NCBI GenBank assembly: GCA_051294375.1
Contig: CM119271.1
Span: 11,935,620 to 11,999,619 of the forward strand
From: Paraspadella gotoi
Lineage: Eukaryota > Animalia > Chaetognatha
Direction: 5' to 3'
DNA: 64,000 bases
This document shows positions 43,763 through 56,504 of the stretch, one piece after another. The position numbers were made by a program, and so were the translations under genes. The number at the start of each line of letters is the position of its first letter. Within the stretch, counting starts at the first letter, position 1. The notes below the pieces were generated by a model. That model had not been told where the DNA came from and did no database searches. It saw only the letters and a program-made list of their open reading frames with translations.

Positions 43763-46700
43763 TCAATCGGCCTTGCTCACCGCCGCCTTGATGGCCTGGG
43801 CCACGTCGGCGATCAGGTCCTCAGCGTCTTCGCATCCAACGGACAATCGGATCAGGTGCGCCGATCCCCAGTTCGGCGCGTTGATCCTGGAATGGGGGGG
43901 GGGACGGAGGGGAAGGGTGAAAGAGAAAAATGAGGGGGGGGGAAGATAACGGAGGAAAGACAGGAGGGGGGAGAGGGGAGGGGGGAAAAAGTCACCAGAT
44001 AAGCTAATCTCTTTCGGCTGTCCCGTCTGTCCGGGATTTCCGGTCGGATCGGTCCCTCCTTTCAATTCCTTTCCCACTTCCCTCAAAGAAGATTACCCAC
44101 CGGCGGGACGGAGGCGTGAGTCATGATGGCGGGATGCTCGGCGAGCGACTCGAACCCTCCCAGGGATTCGGCGAGGGTGAAGACTTTGAGGGCGGAGAGG
44201 AATCGAGACGCCTCCTCGAGCCCTCCCCGGATGTAAAAGGCGATCATGCCGCTGAAGCCTTTCATCTGCTTCGCCGCCAGGTCGAACTGAGGATGACTCT
44301 CGAGTCCCGGATGGATGACTTTATCCACGCTGAAGGTGGAGAAGTTGAGGGGAGTAGTTTTCGTGTCTGCATGTCTCTGTGAGTCTTTCTCTCTCTCTCT
44401 TCACATTCCTTTCTCTTTTCGCTTCGTCGCGTCGATACTCAACCATTCTTATCTCTTTTAATATCTTATCTCTTTTAATATTTTCCTTTCTCATCCATTT
44501 TTATCTCTTCTTATCTCACCTCATCCTTCTCTTCTTAACACACTTGTTCCCAAGACCAGCGAGCCTGCACTTCGTGTGCGTCTTTATCCCATCCCAATCT
44601 TTCCTCTCTCTTATCTCTTCCGAACACGCTGTTCATTTCCCTCCAAGAACTCTGCAACAGTAACGGCGAGCCCATTCTTCGTGTGCGACTCCATGCGTCT
44701 TTATCCCATCTCAAACTTTCCTCTGCCTTTCCCATTCCCAACTCACTGCTCATTCTTTTCCAAGAACTCCGCAACGGCGAGCCCGTTCCTCATGTGCTGC
44801 TCCATGCGGAGATGCAGCGTCTTCATCCCTCTGTTGACGAGGAAGCAGTCGAAGGCCGACGGGACGGCGCCGGCGGCGAACTGAATAAAGTGAAGGCGAC
44901 GGGCGAGTTCGTCGTCGCGGACGGTGACGGCGCCCATGACCACGTCCGAGTGACCGTTCATGTACTTGGTGCAAGAGTGGAGAGTCACGTCGCATCCTGT
45001 GAAGAGGCGGGGGGCGGTGAGACGGGTGGGTAAGACTCTCGTCGTTGTCATCCCTATCGTCGCCGCTGACCCAGATCGAGAGGCGTTGGAAGTAGGCCGT
45101 GGCGAAGGTGTTGTCGATCACGCAGAGGACGTCTTCTTGAGAGTGACGATGTCCGACACCGCCTGTAAATCGGAAATTCCGGGTTTGGCGTCAGATTCCG
45201 ATCGACTCAACCAAAAAAAGTCGCCTTTCTTTGCTATATTATCTCGATTACAGATCAGGCAAGAGTGAATAATCCGTTTCTCAGTCGACTTAGGTAAGTT
45301 TTAAACTAAATCTGGAAGGGTAAGTCTGACCTGAATATCGATGATCTTCATGAGCGGATTGGAAGGAGTCTCCATCCAAACCATTTTCGTATTCGGCTTC
45401 ATCGCCTTTTTCACGTTGTCCAGATTTCTGTTCTCAAGGGCGAAGGGGGGGGGGGAAAGAGAGAAGGGATTGGGGAAAGAGAAGCGTAACTCAGTAAGGG
45501 ATGATATTATTATTCAAATTAAATCATTGGATATTTATTATTGTTTATTATATTGGTTGTAATAATCTACTACATCATTCAACCTCCAAAACAAAACCCT
45601 TTTTTCAAAAAACAATAAACCAAAAACTCCCTTTTCAAAAAGCTGAAACCACCTTTCAACCGCACAAAAGCCCCCCCTTTTAATGGCCCAAAAAACCCCC
45701 TTTTAATCTAACCAAAACACTTTTTCCTCCCTTCAACCGCCCAAAACCTTTTTCATCAAGCGTCCAAAACTATTTTTAACCGCTCGAAACCACTTTTAAA
45801 CGAGTCAAAACCCCCTTTCGACAAAACCCCCTTTAAACTACCCTAAACCCCCTTTCAACCTCGCAAAACCCCCTTCCACTCGCTCAAAAGACCACCCTTG
45901 CAACTCCGACACCAAAACCTGGCGTCGACGAGCGTGAATTCGAGGTTGAATCGCGACGCGATGCGAGAAAAGTATCGATTGGTTCCTCCATAGACGTCGT
46001 CCGAGCAGACGATGTGGTCGCCGGCGCGGAGAAGTTGGGTCAACGCCGTCGTCGCCGCCAGACCTGAGGGTTATATTTAGAATGATCCCAATTGTGCGCA
46101 GATGTAAAAAAATTTATAGAAAGACAATTTTATATTATACCTGTTTTGTGGTTAAAAAAAAACAATTACAAGAATCATACAACTTAAATTGGAACCACCA
46201 ATACAAAAAGTATCTATCCATTCTTTCAATAAGCAAGTAATCTGCCTTCCTTACATGACAAAAATATAGTTGTCAATCTAGACTCTCTATGTACTATTAT
46301 GGTACCTCAGCATCAAAATACAAGGAGTTGAATTTTATGTAATTGGTACAACCAATATAAATATTATCATTCATTTAACACCTGTATATTTCTTAAAACT
46401 TTAAATTGCATAAATGGACGACTTCCCCTATTTTGACAAAGACTGACTGACCGGATGAGAAGACGAACGCCTTCTCTCCGCCATCGATCTTGGCGATGCA
46501 GGTCTCCAAGCAACGACGGGTAGGGTTGCCCCCGCGCGCGTATTCGAATCCGTCCTCGCTTAAGACGCCTAAAGGAGAAGTTGAGAAAGAGTTTGACGGA
46601 TGGAGGAGATTCTCTTTGAAAAGAAAAAAACCTGGAGCGGATTGTTTGAAGGTCGTTGACAAAGAGATTTGCGGAACCACAGATCGGGACTTCCATTGGT

Positions 46701-47951
46701 CCGCATCCTGAGAGAGAAAAGGGGGGGGGGTAAGGGAAAGACTTGGTTGTTTAAAATACAGAAGGCTTCATGTTCAAATATAACCTTGGTCCCCCCAAAA
46801 ATTACCCATTCCACCCCTTTCTGTTCAGTCTTTTAGATATTATGATTTTCTTACAGAAATGATTAGAAAACTAAGGCAGGAAGTAATATAAACTTGTGTT
46901 GTATAGATGCTCCTTCTATTTCCGGAAGACATCACTAACAACCCTCTCCCATTAATAATATAATATTTTCAGATTTAGATTATCAAAAATAAAAAATTAA
47001 TAAAAAATAATAGTAATAATAAAACTTTTTTTAAAAAATACAAAAATAAAGAATTTTAATGAATATTATAAAATCTAATACTTAAAATAGTGAAACAAGT
47101 AATTTTGCTATTTTCATAAGAACTGTTATAAATACAAGAATAGTTATATTGCTTCGGTTATGTTAATCCGTATTGATTCACATACACATATCAAGGTCCA
47201 AATATTGAACCTCGGTACAAAAAATTCATCGCCAAGAATGCGGCGGATTTATGGCAGTAAATCCGAGTCTGAGCTTTAGTCAAATACTGCGGCGCCGCGA
47301 ATAATCCTTTCTCGGCCGCCGACAGCAGCAGCCGCGATTCAGCCGCATCGTTACAATGAGCAAATGGTTTAAGAAATAAAAAAATAAAAAACCCTGTTTA
47401 ATATAGTTTTAATACCGTTAAAAATTTTAAACTAAATCTAATTTAAAAAAACAAAAAAACTAGCCCAATCAGTGCGGCAGCAGCGGTGACTTAACAAGGC
47501 AGCAGGCTCGACAGGCGCTTATTATAAGGGCATCAGGCGATGCCAACAGGCAATCAGGCATCCCCTCCCTCTCCCGATATCTCCCATGAACTTTTTTTTG
47601 GTCTTCAGTGGCGAAGAATAAGTTTCAGAATAGCGACACCAAATTTTCAAAGGTTTTTATCGAAGGTAAGGTGCGCCCGTTTTAGTTTAGTTCAATAATG
47701 GGTGGAGTTACTTGACTAAATCGAATCGAAATGAACCGTTTTTTTAGATTTTGTGAACTTGAAAAATGGAATGAGCGTCGCAATAGGTAAATCTGAAACT
47801 TTACCGTTGCTTAACAGCTTTGACTAATATAATAATATGAAAATTATCCTATACGGACCTGGCCGGCGTGGATGGCATCCGTCCCGAAATGGAGGAAGCG
47901 CGAAAAATGTTCGCAGAGCGGATCGCCCTTTCCAATTCCGTTTTGAGCCAT
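43763..47951 (-). CDS. CTH: Cystathionine gamma-lyase (Cys/Met metabolism PLP enzyme), 9 exons
   Basis: Exons (-): 47951-47859, 46707-46632, 46568-46452, 46063-45919, 45427-45331, 45162-45071, 44996-44747, 44329-44101, 43886-43763. Motifs FGTDAIHAGQ, FEYARGGNPTR, DDVYGGT, ETPSNP, DNTFAT, HSCTKYMNGHSDV (PLP lysine), LAESLGGFESL, LIRLSVG. Exons 6 and 9 are each 2 nt short of frame (probable assembly errors). Confidence 0.93.
46900..47140 (+). repeat. Family F: AT-rich dispersed repeat
   Basis: TAGATGCTCC...AATATTTTCAGATT(T)AGATTATCAAAAA...AAAATAGTGAAACAAGTAAT shared, wholly or in part, with ~14960-15180 and ~59005-59450. Confidence 0.6.
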
Positions 47952-49491
47952 GAGCGGAGGAAAAGTTAATTATGATTCGTAATAAAAATTATATAAAAAA
48001 CTAAGAATTTTTTAAAAAAATATATTGTACTAAAATTTGGTTATCAACGAGGATCAAAATAGGTTTTAATATTTACTACGTGCGAGGAGAAGAGGAAAAA
48101 AAAATTAATAACTATGTTTTGTTGTCGGAGGATCGAGTAATGGATCGAGCGAAACTTATTCAAAATGAAAAACTGAGATCGCGAGAAAAAAAACATTCAG
48201 TCTCTTGAAATTTTTTTTTTTTTTTACTTAACTAAATCTTAGGATCGAGAGATATCTTCTGCAGAAAGGTGAGTTAACTACGCATTAACGCGGCGCAATA
48301 TTGTAAAAAAATATATATAAAGAAATTAATGAATAAAAGTAAAAAAGCCTAATAAATTTTTAAATCATACATACATATGAATATTTTAATTATAACCTTA
48401 TCTTTTCAATGTTTAGGCATAACTATAAGAAAAAATTCAGTAAAATTTTACCTTGGTTTTGGCATCATAAAAAAATTAAAAATTTAAAAAAAAAATTATT
48501 ACCTAACTACCCTCTTATCCCTAACTACCCCTAGCCCTAAACCCCCCTTAACCCCGGTCGGCGAAAGTAAAATTAACCCAAAAATTCTTATCATTACTTT
48601 AAAAATTATTTAAAAATATTTGATTGTTTAAACCATATCAAAACCAATTTTCTTTTGCAACAAACAAGAAGCTAACACATGTTAGATATTATAACAAAAA
48701 TTTGTATACCCATTTAATAATAAAAATATGCATACGTAAAATATTTCATTAAATTGACGCCCCTTAATGAAAAAGCAAGGTGTATGTACGATACCAAATC
48801 GAAACCGCGTGTTCTTTCAAGATCAGAAAAGGAAAGTCTTAAAAAACCTTTTCTCAATTGTGAGAAAACTTGAAATTACTAAATATCCTTCGCATTTACT
48901 TGGATGTAATGTAATCGCGACTGGGCGTCCTTGAAGTAATTTTTCCTAACCATAGTGATCCAAAAAAAAAAACAAATGGATAAAATCCACTTGAACATAC
49001 GAGCATAAATACATATTCAGTCAGGGCATCTATGATAATCAGCATACGAGAAAAAGTTGTTTTTGCCCAAAAAGAAGTTTTTCCGGAAATTTAGGCCATT
49101 TGGATCACTGTGCTATGGAGACATAATTACATTCGGATAAAATCCAAGACTATATCAGACAAAAAATACGTTAAGTACAAAGTACAAAGTTATGATTATG
49201 AATCTTTTAGTCTTTTACAAAAGAAAAAAAAAAGGTCGATTGACTCTCTTCCTTTGAATCACAAGGTTTTGACACAAGCTACACTATGTACTAATATTAG
49301 TAGTAATAAAGAGCGGATCTGAGAAATTATACTCAACATCAAAGATCTTTTTAACTGTCAATGGTCATTTTATGGGTTTCACGAGAATTTCTTTAAGTTT
49401 AACTATTTAAAAAAGAAGGATTTTACGGATGCAAGTTAAACTTTATTATGTTAATTAATCAGTAATGATTACAGCGATGATAATTTAAAAG

Positions 49492-50420
49492 TTGAGGGGG
49501 GCAAAGGGGGAGTCCCTGTTGGTGACTCACTTTTGGCCAGCCCAGAAGTGGTTTCCATCCTTGCTGGATCTTCATAGGCTGGAAGTGCGCCACCTTCCCT
49601 GGTCTTGCCGATTAGTGGTCGACCTGGCCTTGGACGACGTTCCGTCGCTCCTAGATCGCTTCAAGTTGGTCGTCTGGAGGATTATCGGCGGGCGCACGGA
49701 CTCTTATGTCAGCAATTCGGCCTTTACTCTCATTGCCAAGAGTTGGAGTCTCTACTGGGCTTGGAAGTCCTTTGTAGAGAAATGGCGATGCCATTTCTAT
49801 TTATTTCTTTGCCATTTTGTTTTACCATTTCTTTGACCTTTTTGTAGATTGCGCCTTTGCTTTTCTTGGAGATTACTCTCCCTTTTCTTTCTCTTTACCA
49901 GATATATTAGGCCATAGACTTTAGACCCTTTCTCAGCCCGTCCAAAAACGGCCTTTTACGGAGTCAGGCCAACCCCACGTCACGTCAAGTCATACTTTTG
50001 TCATGATACCGTTTCACAGAGCCCTTTAGGCCAGGCCTTTGAGCCCCGGAGACTTTACGGCCTCATGCGAGTGGGCAGTCTAGTGGAGAGACTTGTGGCA
50101 CCACAGACTTGACCCTCAGACTTGTGGACGGACTCGTGGTCACGTCTTAGACCACACTCTCGCGACACCTCGTCTACCACCCTCGCGGCGCCGGTACCGG
50201 CGACAGCGAGCCTTCCCGTCTTCGATACGGCGCTCCGTTATTCCCGGCGCTCGCCCATCGGCGCCGGGCGTCGCCGCGCCCCTCTCCGACGACGGCTTCG
50301 AGGGACGTTGAGGACGGCCGGCTTCAGTACAGCTTCATGACGGGAGAGATGCCGAGGAGGCCTCGACCTACCCTACGGGTTCGTTGACATCCTTAGTCAG
50401 TTGACATCCTTAGTCAGTTT
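49492..50420 (+). pseudogene. Degenerate DIRS-like retrotransposon fragment
   Basis: LLVTHFWPAQKWFPSLL resembles the DIRS1 methyltransferase-like motif (xPxWPxQxWFPxL); followed by LVVWRI and YWAWKSFVE, similar to the pol end and recombinase start. GC-rich, frames broken. The 3' boundary is a guess. Confidence 0.5.
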
Positions 50421-50529
50421 CCTTCAGCGTCGGGGCCTTCGATTTAATTTATACTTAATTTTAAATTTGTTTTCGTTATTTTAGTTTGCTTTCTCCAAAC
50501 ATTGTTCCCTACTATCTCAAATGACCTTA

Positions 50530-50720
50530 CTTCGTTTCTCTTCACTCTCTCTCTGTCTCTCCTGTTCTTACCTTCAGCTGTCCTCACCCTGTCCTCACAC
50601 TATCCTTTACTTAATTCTTTGTTGGACGCTTTCTCTTTCTCCATCATAATGTTTGGCAAAATTTTTAAATTCACATTGCGCTGATGAAGACTCGAAAAAA
50701 AGAGTCGAAACATGTCCACT
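50530..50720 (+). mobile_element. Diverged second member of the hammerhead-bearing repeat family
   Basis: Shares TTTCTC(T)TTCACTCTC, two TGTCCTCA motifs, AATTCTTTGTTGGA and the hammerhead, in the same order, with 37500-37680. Confidence 0.6.
50678..50719 (+). ncRNA. Minimal type I hammerhead ribozyme motif, second copy
   Basis: GCG-CTGATGA-A-GACTC(GAAAAAAA)GAGTC-GAAA-CATG-TC-CAC: perfect 5-bp stem II, same ACATGT stem III, GUC at 50714-50716; stem I has one mismatch. Confidence 0.75.
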
Positions 50721-51170
50721 TAAAGAAATACCATGATGGAAAAAAAAATTGTCGCGGTTACTATCCAGCTATTTTTCGAAATTTTAATGTGAGAATCGAA
50801 AAAATAAAACTTAAATATCGAAAAACTTTGGCCTTTTGTAATTCATATGAGCTGTGCCTCATTTATGTACGACAAAATATACAAGAGTTTCATGCAAAAG
50901 AAAATGAGTTGTCCAAAAAAATGCTTCCTTCTTTTTAATCTTTTTCATATCAAAAATTTTTATTTATACTAATTTCCAGTTCTTTTTTATTACTTTTTGA
51001 GTTAAACCATTACTATTAAAAATCCCTGCCTTTTCTGTCTCATGTCAAATAGTTATTGCATCATATTCATTAGGATAGATTCAGGGATGAATCTTAATTC
51101 ATATGTAAAAAAAAACGATATTAAAAATACATTAATGCTGTAGATGCTCCAGAATATTCTTTTTATATTG

Positions 51171-51809
51171 TAAAATATCATTAAAAGTTATAATGCTCCG
51201 GGTAACCTTTTTATGAGCAAAGTTATCATTTTTATTTACCTCTGGGTCTATTATCAGAACCAAATAATGAAAGACAATGCATCATCACATTATACAATAA
51301 CAATTCAAGCCTGGTTTACTTTATAGGGGATCAATCTTTTCCACTGCTTGTCAAGGACCACTTTTTGCCCTAAATCTAATAAAAAATATTATGTCAGAGA
51401 TATAATATTAACAATAATGTAAGTCGTCCTCTTCCTGGTTCCAGGGCCTCGACGATCATCTGGGTGATGTAATCCGGGATGGAGGCCCTGTCCTTTTCCC
51501 TGTCGGTTTCGAAGTTTTCCTTTGCTGCGTTGTCTCCAAATTTTTTCACCTCTTTTTGATCAAGAGGACTACTCACATTATTGTTAATATTATATCTCTG
51601 ACATAATATTTTTTATTAAATTTAAGGCAAAAAGTGGTCCTTGACAAGCAGTGAAAAAGATTGATCCCCTATAAAGTAAACCAGGCTTGAATTGTTATTG
51701 CATTGTCTTTCATTATTTGGTTCTGATAATAGATCCAGAAGTAAATAAAAATGATAACTTTGCTCATAGAAAGGTTACCCGGAGCATTATAACTTTTAAT
51801 GATATTTTA
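51171..51809. mobile_element. Foldback-type element: ~250-bp inverted arms around a ~130-bp GC-richer core
   Basis: 51171-51432 is a near-perfect reverse complement of 51563-51809 (one ~17-bp indel, a few substitutions). No TSD recognised. Confidence 0.8.
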
Positions 51810-54800
51810 TCCTAGACCTCATTTGAAATCCGAGCAACTTTTGGCATTTGGCACACCCTATGGAACCATACATCCCGGAAATCACCTCCGAAACGCTGGA
51901 ATGGACGACCTTGCTCGAAAGAGGCCAAATTAGGAAAGAAGATCGAATATAAGTTGCGCGGCTATTTAACCAACGGTGCCGTCCGAAAATTCTAGCACAG
52001 TAGATATGTAATAAGGCGGGCCAGATGTAATGACGAGATAATATGGTAATAAGCCACAAAAACCCCTTGAACCTGCGGCTGCCGATTCTTGTTTCGTTTT
52101 CAAATATCTTTTTTTCAAATCACTGCAATTATTATATATACATATTCGATAAAGGCATAAAATCGAAGTTCCTCAGCATCTTCGTGATGCTTATCAGAGT
52201 AATTTTTTTTTAATTCTACGCAGCCAAATAATTAGAATCGAAACTAGGAGGGGGACTACTGGCGAGAACTGGCAGGTCGTTAGAAATCGCTACATATATA
52301 AGCTTTCATTTGTTGGTAGCCAATTACTTTCTTTGAATTGTCGTTTCTGTAAGCGCTAGAGTGTAATTATCTCTTCATTCTTAACTGTTTACAACATGAT
52401 CATCATCATGGGAAATGTTTTTTCCTGATCTCTCAGGTCTAGGCCGCGATTTTAATCTAAATAGCAAGCTTAAAGTTGAACTGAATATTTTCTGCCAAGC
52501 TAAAAAAGCGAATCATAAATAAATGAATATATCTTCAGCGACTGTAATATTTAAATAATAAATAAAAGCAAAATGTGTGTAAATTAATTCAACAAAAAAG
52601 CATTAGCTAGCAAAAACAAAAGTAAAAAGAATAAACGACAAAGAAACCAGTGCCTGCGCCAATACATGTAAATCACTTTAAAGGGCTTAAACTGAACTGT
52701 TACTGTGGCACTAATATTATTATGGTACTTATAAAAATATTTTATAAATCAAAATAATATTATTTTTGTTTTAAAGTATGATGTGATTAAAATGCTTTTA
52801 TCAAAACATAGAATAAGAAATAGAATAATATAAAATAGAATAAGAAAAAAATATTTGTAAAAAAATATTTAAAAGGATTTAAAATAATAAAAATTTATAA
52901 AAATAATTATAATTTTGTTGAATAGCAGGTGCAAATGAAGATCAAGTGGGTGCAGCTAAAATTTATTATAAATGTTCCTTTGTTTTATAAAAAGCTTTCT
53001 TCTTTATAAAACCTTCTAATAAAATAAGGTAAAAATACCAAAATATTTTAATGGGACTATTCTTTTGTTTCAGAAAAAATATTAAAACCTTTGGTGGATG
53101 TATTTAAACTAAATTTTATTGTCATTTTGTTTTTAAAAATGTTCTTTTGTTTATACAACTATCTGGTTTATAAAGATTAAAACATATAAAAATTTGCTAT
53201 TTTGTATAAAGCAATGCAAGTGAAGATTTAGTGGGTAGTACCCACTGGGTACAGACAGAAGAACAAATTTCTAAAGAAAATGCTTATAGTAAAAAAGTAA
53301 GAGACAAATCCTAGTAGGAGAGAAGAAAAGTTAAATAATGAAAAAGAAAAAGAAAAAAAATTGTACAATTTCGGGGGGTAAGTAAATCACTAAGTGAGTT
53401 ACAATAATTATGGTTTAGATCCGATAATGGTTACCAAGCAATAAAGAAGACGATTGAATGGTTAATGTTTAACAATGGTTACCAAGCAATAAAGAAGACG
53501 AATGAAGTTGTGACCTTAAAAAGTCAAAACGTATAAGTAATTTCAATTGAATCAAAAAACTTGTAAAAAGAAACTAAATATTTAAATATTTATTTTTTGG
53601 GTGCTACGTATTGGCAAAATGTCGTAGAAGCCATAAAAATAAGAGACAACGAATAAGAGAAGAGAGTGACGTAAATTTCAGAGATTTATACAAAGTTCTT
53701 AACGAATACAATACATAAAAGGTTTGACATTCTGCGGTATTAGGAATAATTCAGGCAGATTGAATTGGCAAACAGTAATAATAAACATTTCTGCAAGACA
53801 TTGACACCAACGTTTGCATTGAATTAACATCATTTTAACAAAGTAAAACGTTTGTTTTAAAGCACAATTCCTTATCGAAACTTGACTAGAATATGTCGAA
53901 ATAAATAAGCAACTGGAAACGAGAATATTAACAAAAAAGTGACACGACGACGGAGAAGACTGAGATCAGAAGAAATACACAATGCTAATAATTAGTCAAA
54001 CTTGAAAATATCATGCCCATGCGTTTGATAACTACTTATAGCCATTAGCCAAAGTGAATCACGGCTAGTGATATGCTTTTAACAAAATAGCACACGAACC
54101 CTCACAGCGTAAAACTGTTGGATGCATAAATAACAAGTTTGAGCAAACAATGTCGGATCTGCCCACGATAATTAAGCGGTAATCAGCTAAATAAATAAAT
54201 AAATACTATAGTAGAAATAATTACAAATAAAGTAACAACTTGCATCATTCTTTCAACTTGCATCATTCTTTCAGCTTGCAACAATCTTTCAATTTGCATC
54301 ATTTTTTCAATATGTGTCGCCTCATATGCATCATTTTTTTAACTTAAGTTTTTATTATTTATGCTTACTCATGAATGTTTTAATTAATTATTTAATTAAA
54401 TAAATAAATGAAAAAATGATGCAATTTGAAAAAACGATGCAAGTCGACTTGACTTTGGTTTTTTCCATGTAAACTCATTTCCACTCCTCGATTCCATCGA
54501 AACTTTATATTGTGCTCAATCATACGCTTTCTTACCCACACACAAAATTTAATCCCATTCTATCCATCCAATTATGAATAAATCGATTAATTATGGATTA
54601 AAATTATTAAAAAGATTCAAATAAAAGTGACATATCCAGCTTCATCACACACTTTCCTACCCACACACAAAATTTCATTCCAATCCAACCATCCGATCAC
54701 GAGCAATTGGAGTTTTTTGCTAAGGTGGGACGGACTGAGAGACAGACGGACATCATTTTTTTTGGTATAATTTATCATAACTCGATGTTCTGACATGATA

Positions 54801-56504
54801 TAAGTGAATGCCAGACAAGATTGAGGGAGGGGACCGACAAAGTGAATTATAGAGACGGGATCTGCTGGTAAGAATGAATAGGAATGAACAGAAAACACAA
54901 TAACATAGGCGTAATCTTTTTTTTATGTCGTACAAACAACCTTCATCCCCTGAGTTATTTCAAAAGGAAAAATATATATTTTTATTTTAAACTGTTTGCG
55001 AAATTTATTTAAAATTTTTCACAATTTGATTTTTATGATTAAAACTGTAATAGTAAAAGTTTTGTCCCCGAGAAAAAGTTTTTGAGATAAATTAATGGCT
55101 AGTGTTGAGCTGCGTATATTGTGAGCTATGTATCAACAATGAATATTGATTAATTCAATTTTTTCTTATGTAGCTTTTGGTGCTTCAGAGAAATTCGGTG
55201 CTTGTAAGTCGATGGCAAATAGAGAATGGTATGGTAAGGTAAGGTAAGGTAAGGTAAGGAAACCGAAATTGCCAAACCTCGCAAGAGATTAACTTTAGTC
55301 TTAGAGGATGGAGCAAACAATAGATGAACCAACTGTGAAAAGAAACTCGTAGTTTTATCTCCTCATGAATTGAATAATAAAAGGGGAGTAAAAAGAATTC
55401 AGTCCGGCGCATATTTTGAGAGAAAAATGTAAGAATTGGAGAGGTAGATTGTCTTTTGGGGAAGCTTAAATAAAGCATCTTATTTTGATAAGAAGTGAGA
55501 ACAATCTTTTCGAAAAATCCTTTCCCTCTTCGGTCATTTTAGATTGAGCGCCTTTTTTTGCACATAACTGTAACGGCTAAAAACCACAGCTAATTCCATA
55601 TCATATCACTTGAGATAATTATAGTTAGTAAGTAAATAATCTACACTAATTTCTCCAAAGATAATTAATGGATGCGACGTATCTTTCGGATTAAATTTTA
55701 GATTTGCAGTAGAGGAAATTTCTACAAATACAAATGTGGAGCAGAAATTAAGTAAAATCTCATTCGTCCCCAGATTTGGTTAATGACGTAAAAGAGTAAA
55801 ATCTACCAGGAGGAAAAAAACGGTTTTATTTTGGCAGTAGGTATCAATTCATTTAGGTTTTTTTTAACATTTAATTGCAGTATATACTTGTATCGACTTT
55901 AAAAACAAAAATATTTTTAAAATAATATAAACCTCTCTAAATACCGAAAATCCACAAAATTAAATTTAAAAAGTCAGTTTGTCAATTTTTTTCTAATTGT
56001 CAAAAAACTACGTGAATCATGAAATTTCCCAAATTTCTTTAACTTCAGGCTAATTTGAGAAACGTAAGTTGTAACTGTAAGAGTAAACGATGCTTGTTTC
56101 AAGTAATACTACTTCGAAGTTGGATTAAGTCAGAAGAGTAAGAAAATATAAAGAGCGGCACCCTTTAAGATTATAAGTGTCAAACTGCGTTAAGCGCGTG
56201 TAGGATGACGAGAAAGAGGGAGACAGAAAAACAGGGAGGGAGGGGGAGAGAGAGAGAGAGAGAGAGAGAGAGTGAGAGAGAGATTCTGTCCCTCTCAATT
56301 GGACGCAGCGACGATTTCTTCCTCAGTCTCGATCCCGTCATCTCCGAGTGAAACCTTAAAAGAAAAATCACAAATCCGTCGGAAAACGAGAAAACAAAAG
56401 GGACAATTGCAAGTTTCTCTGTAAAAATTGAATGAAATCCCGATAATTCTTTCAATTTGTGATCCTAACTGATCATAACAGATAGTACCATTCCAAACTA
56501 ATGG

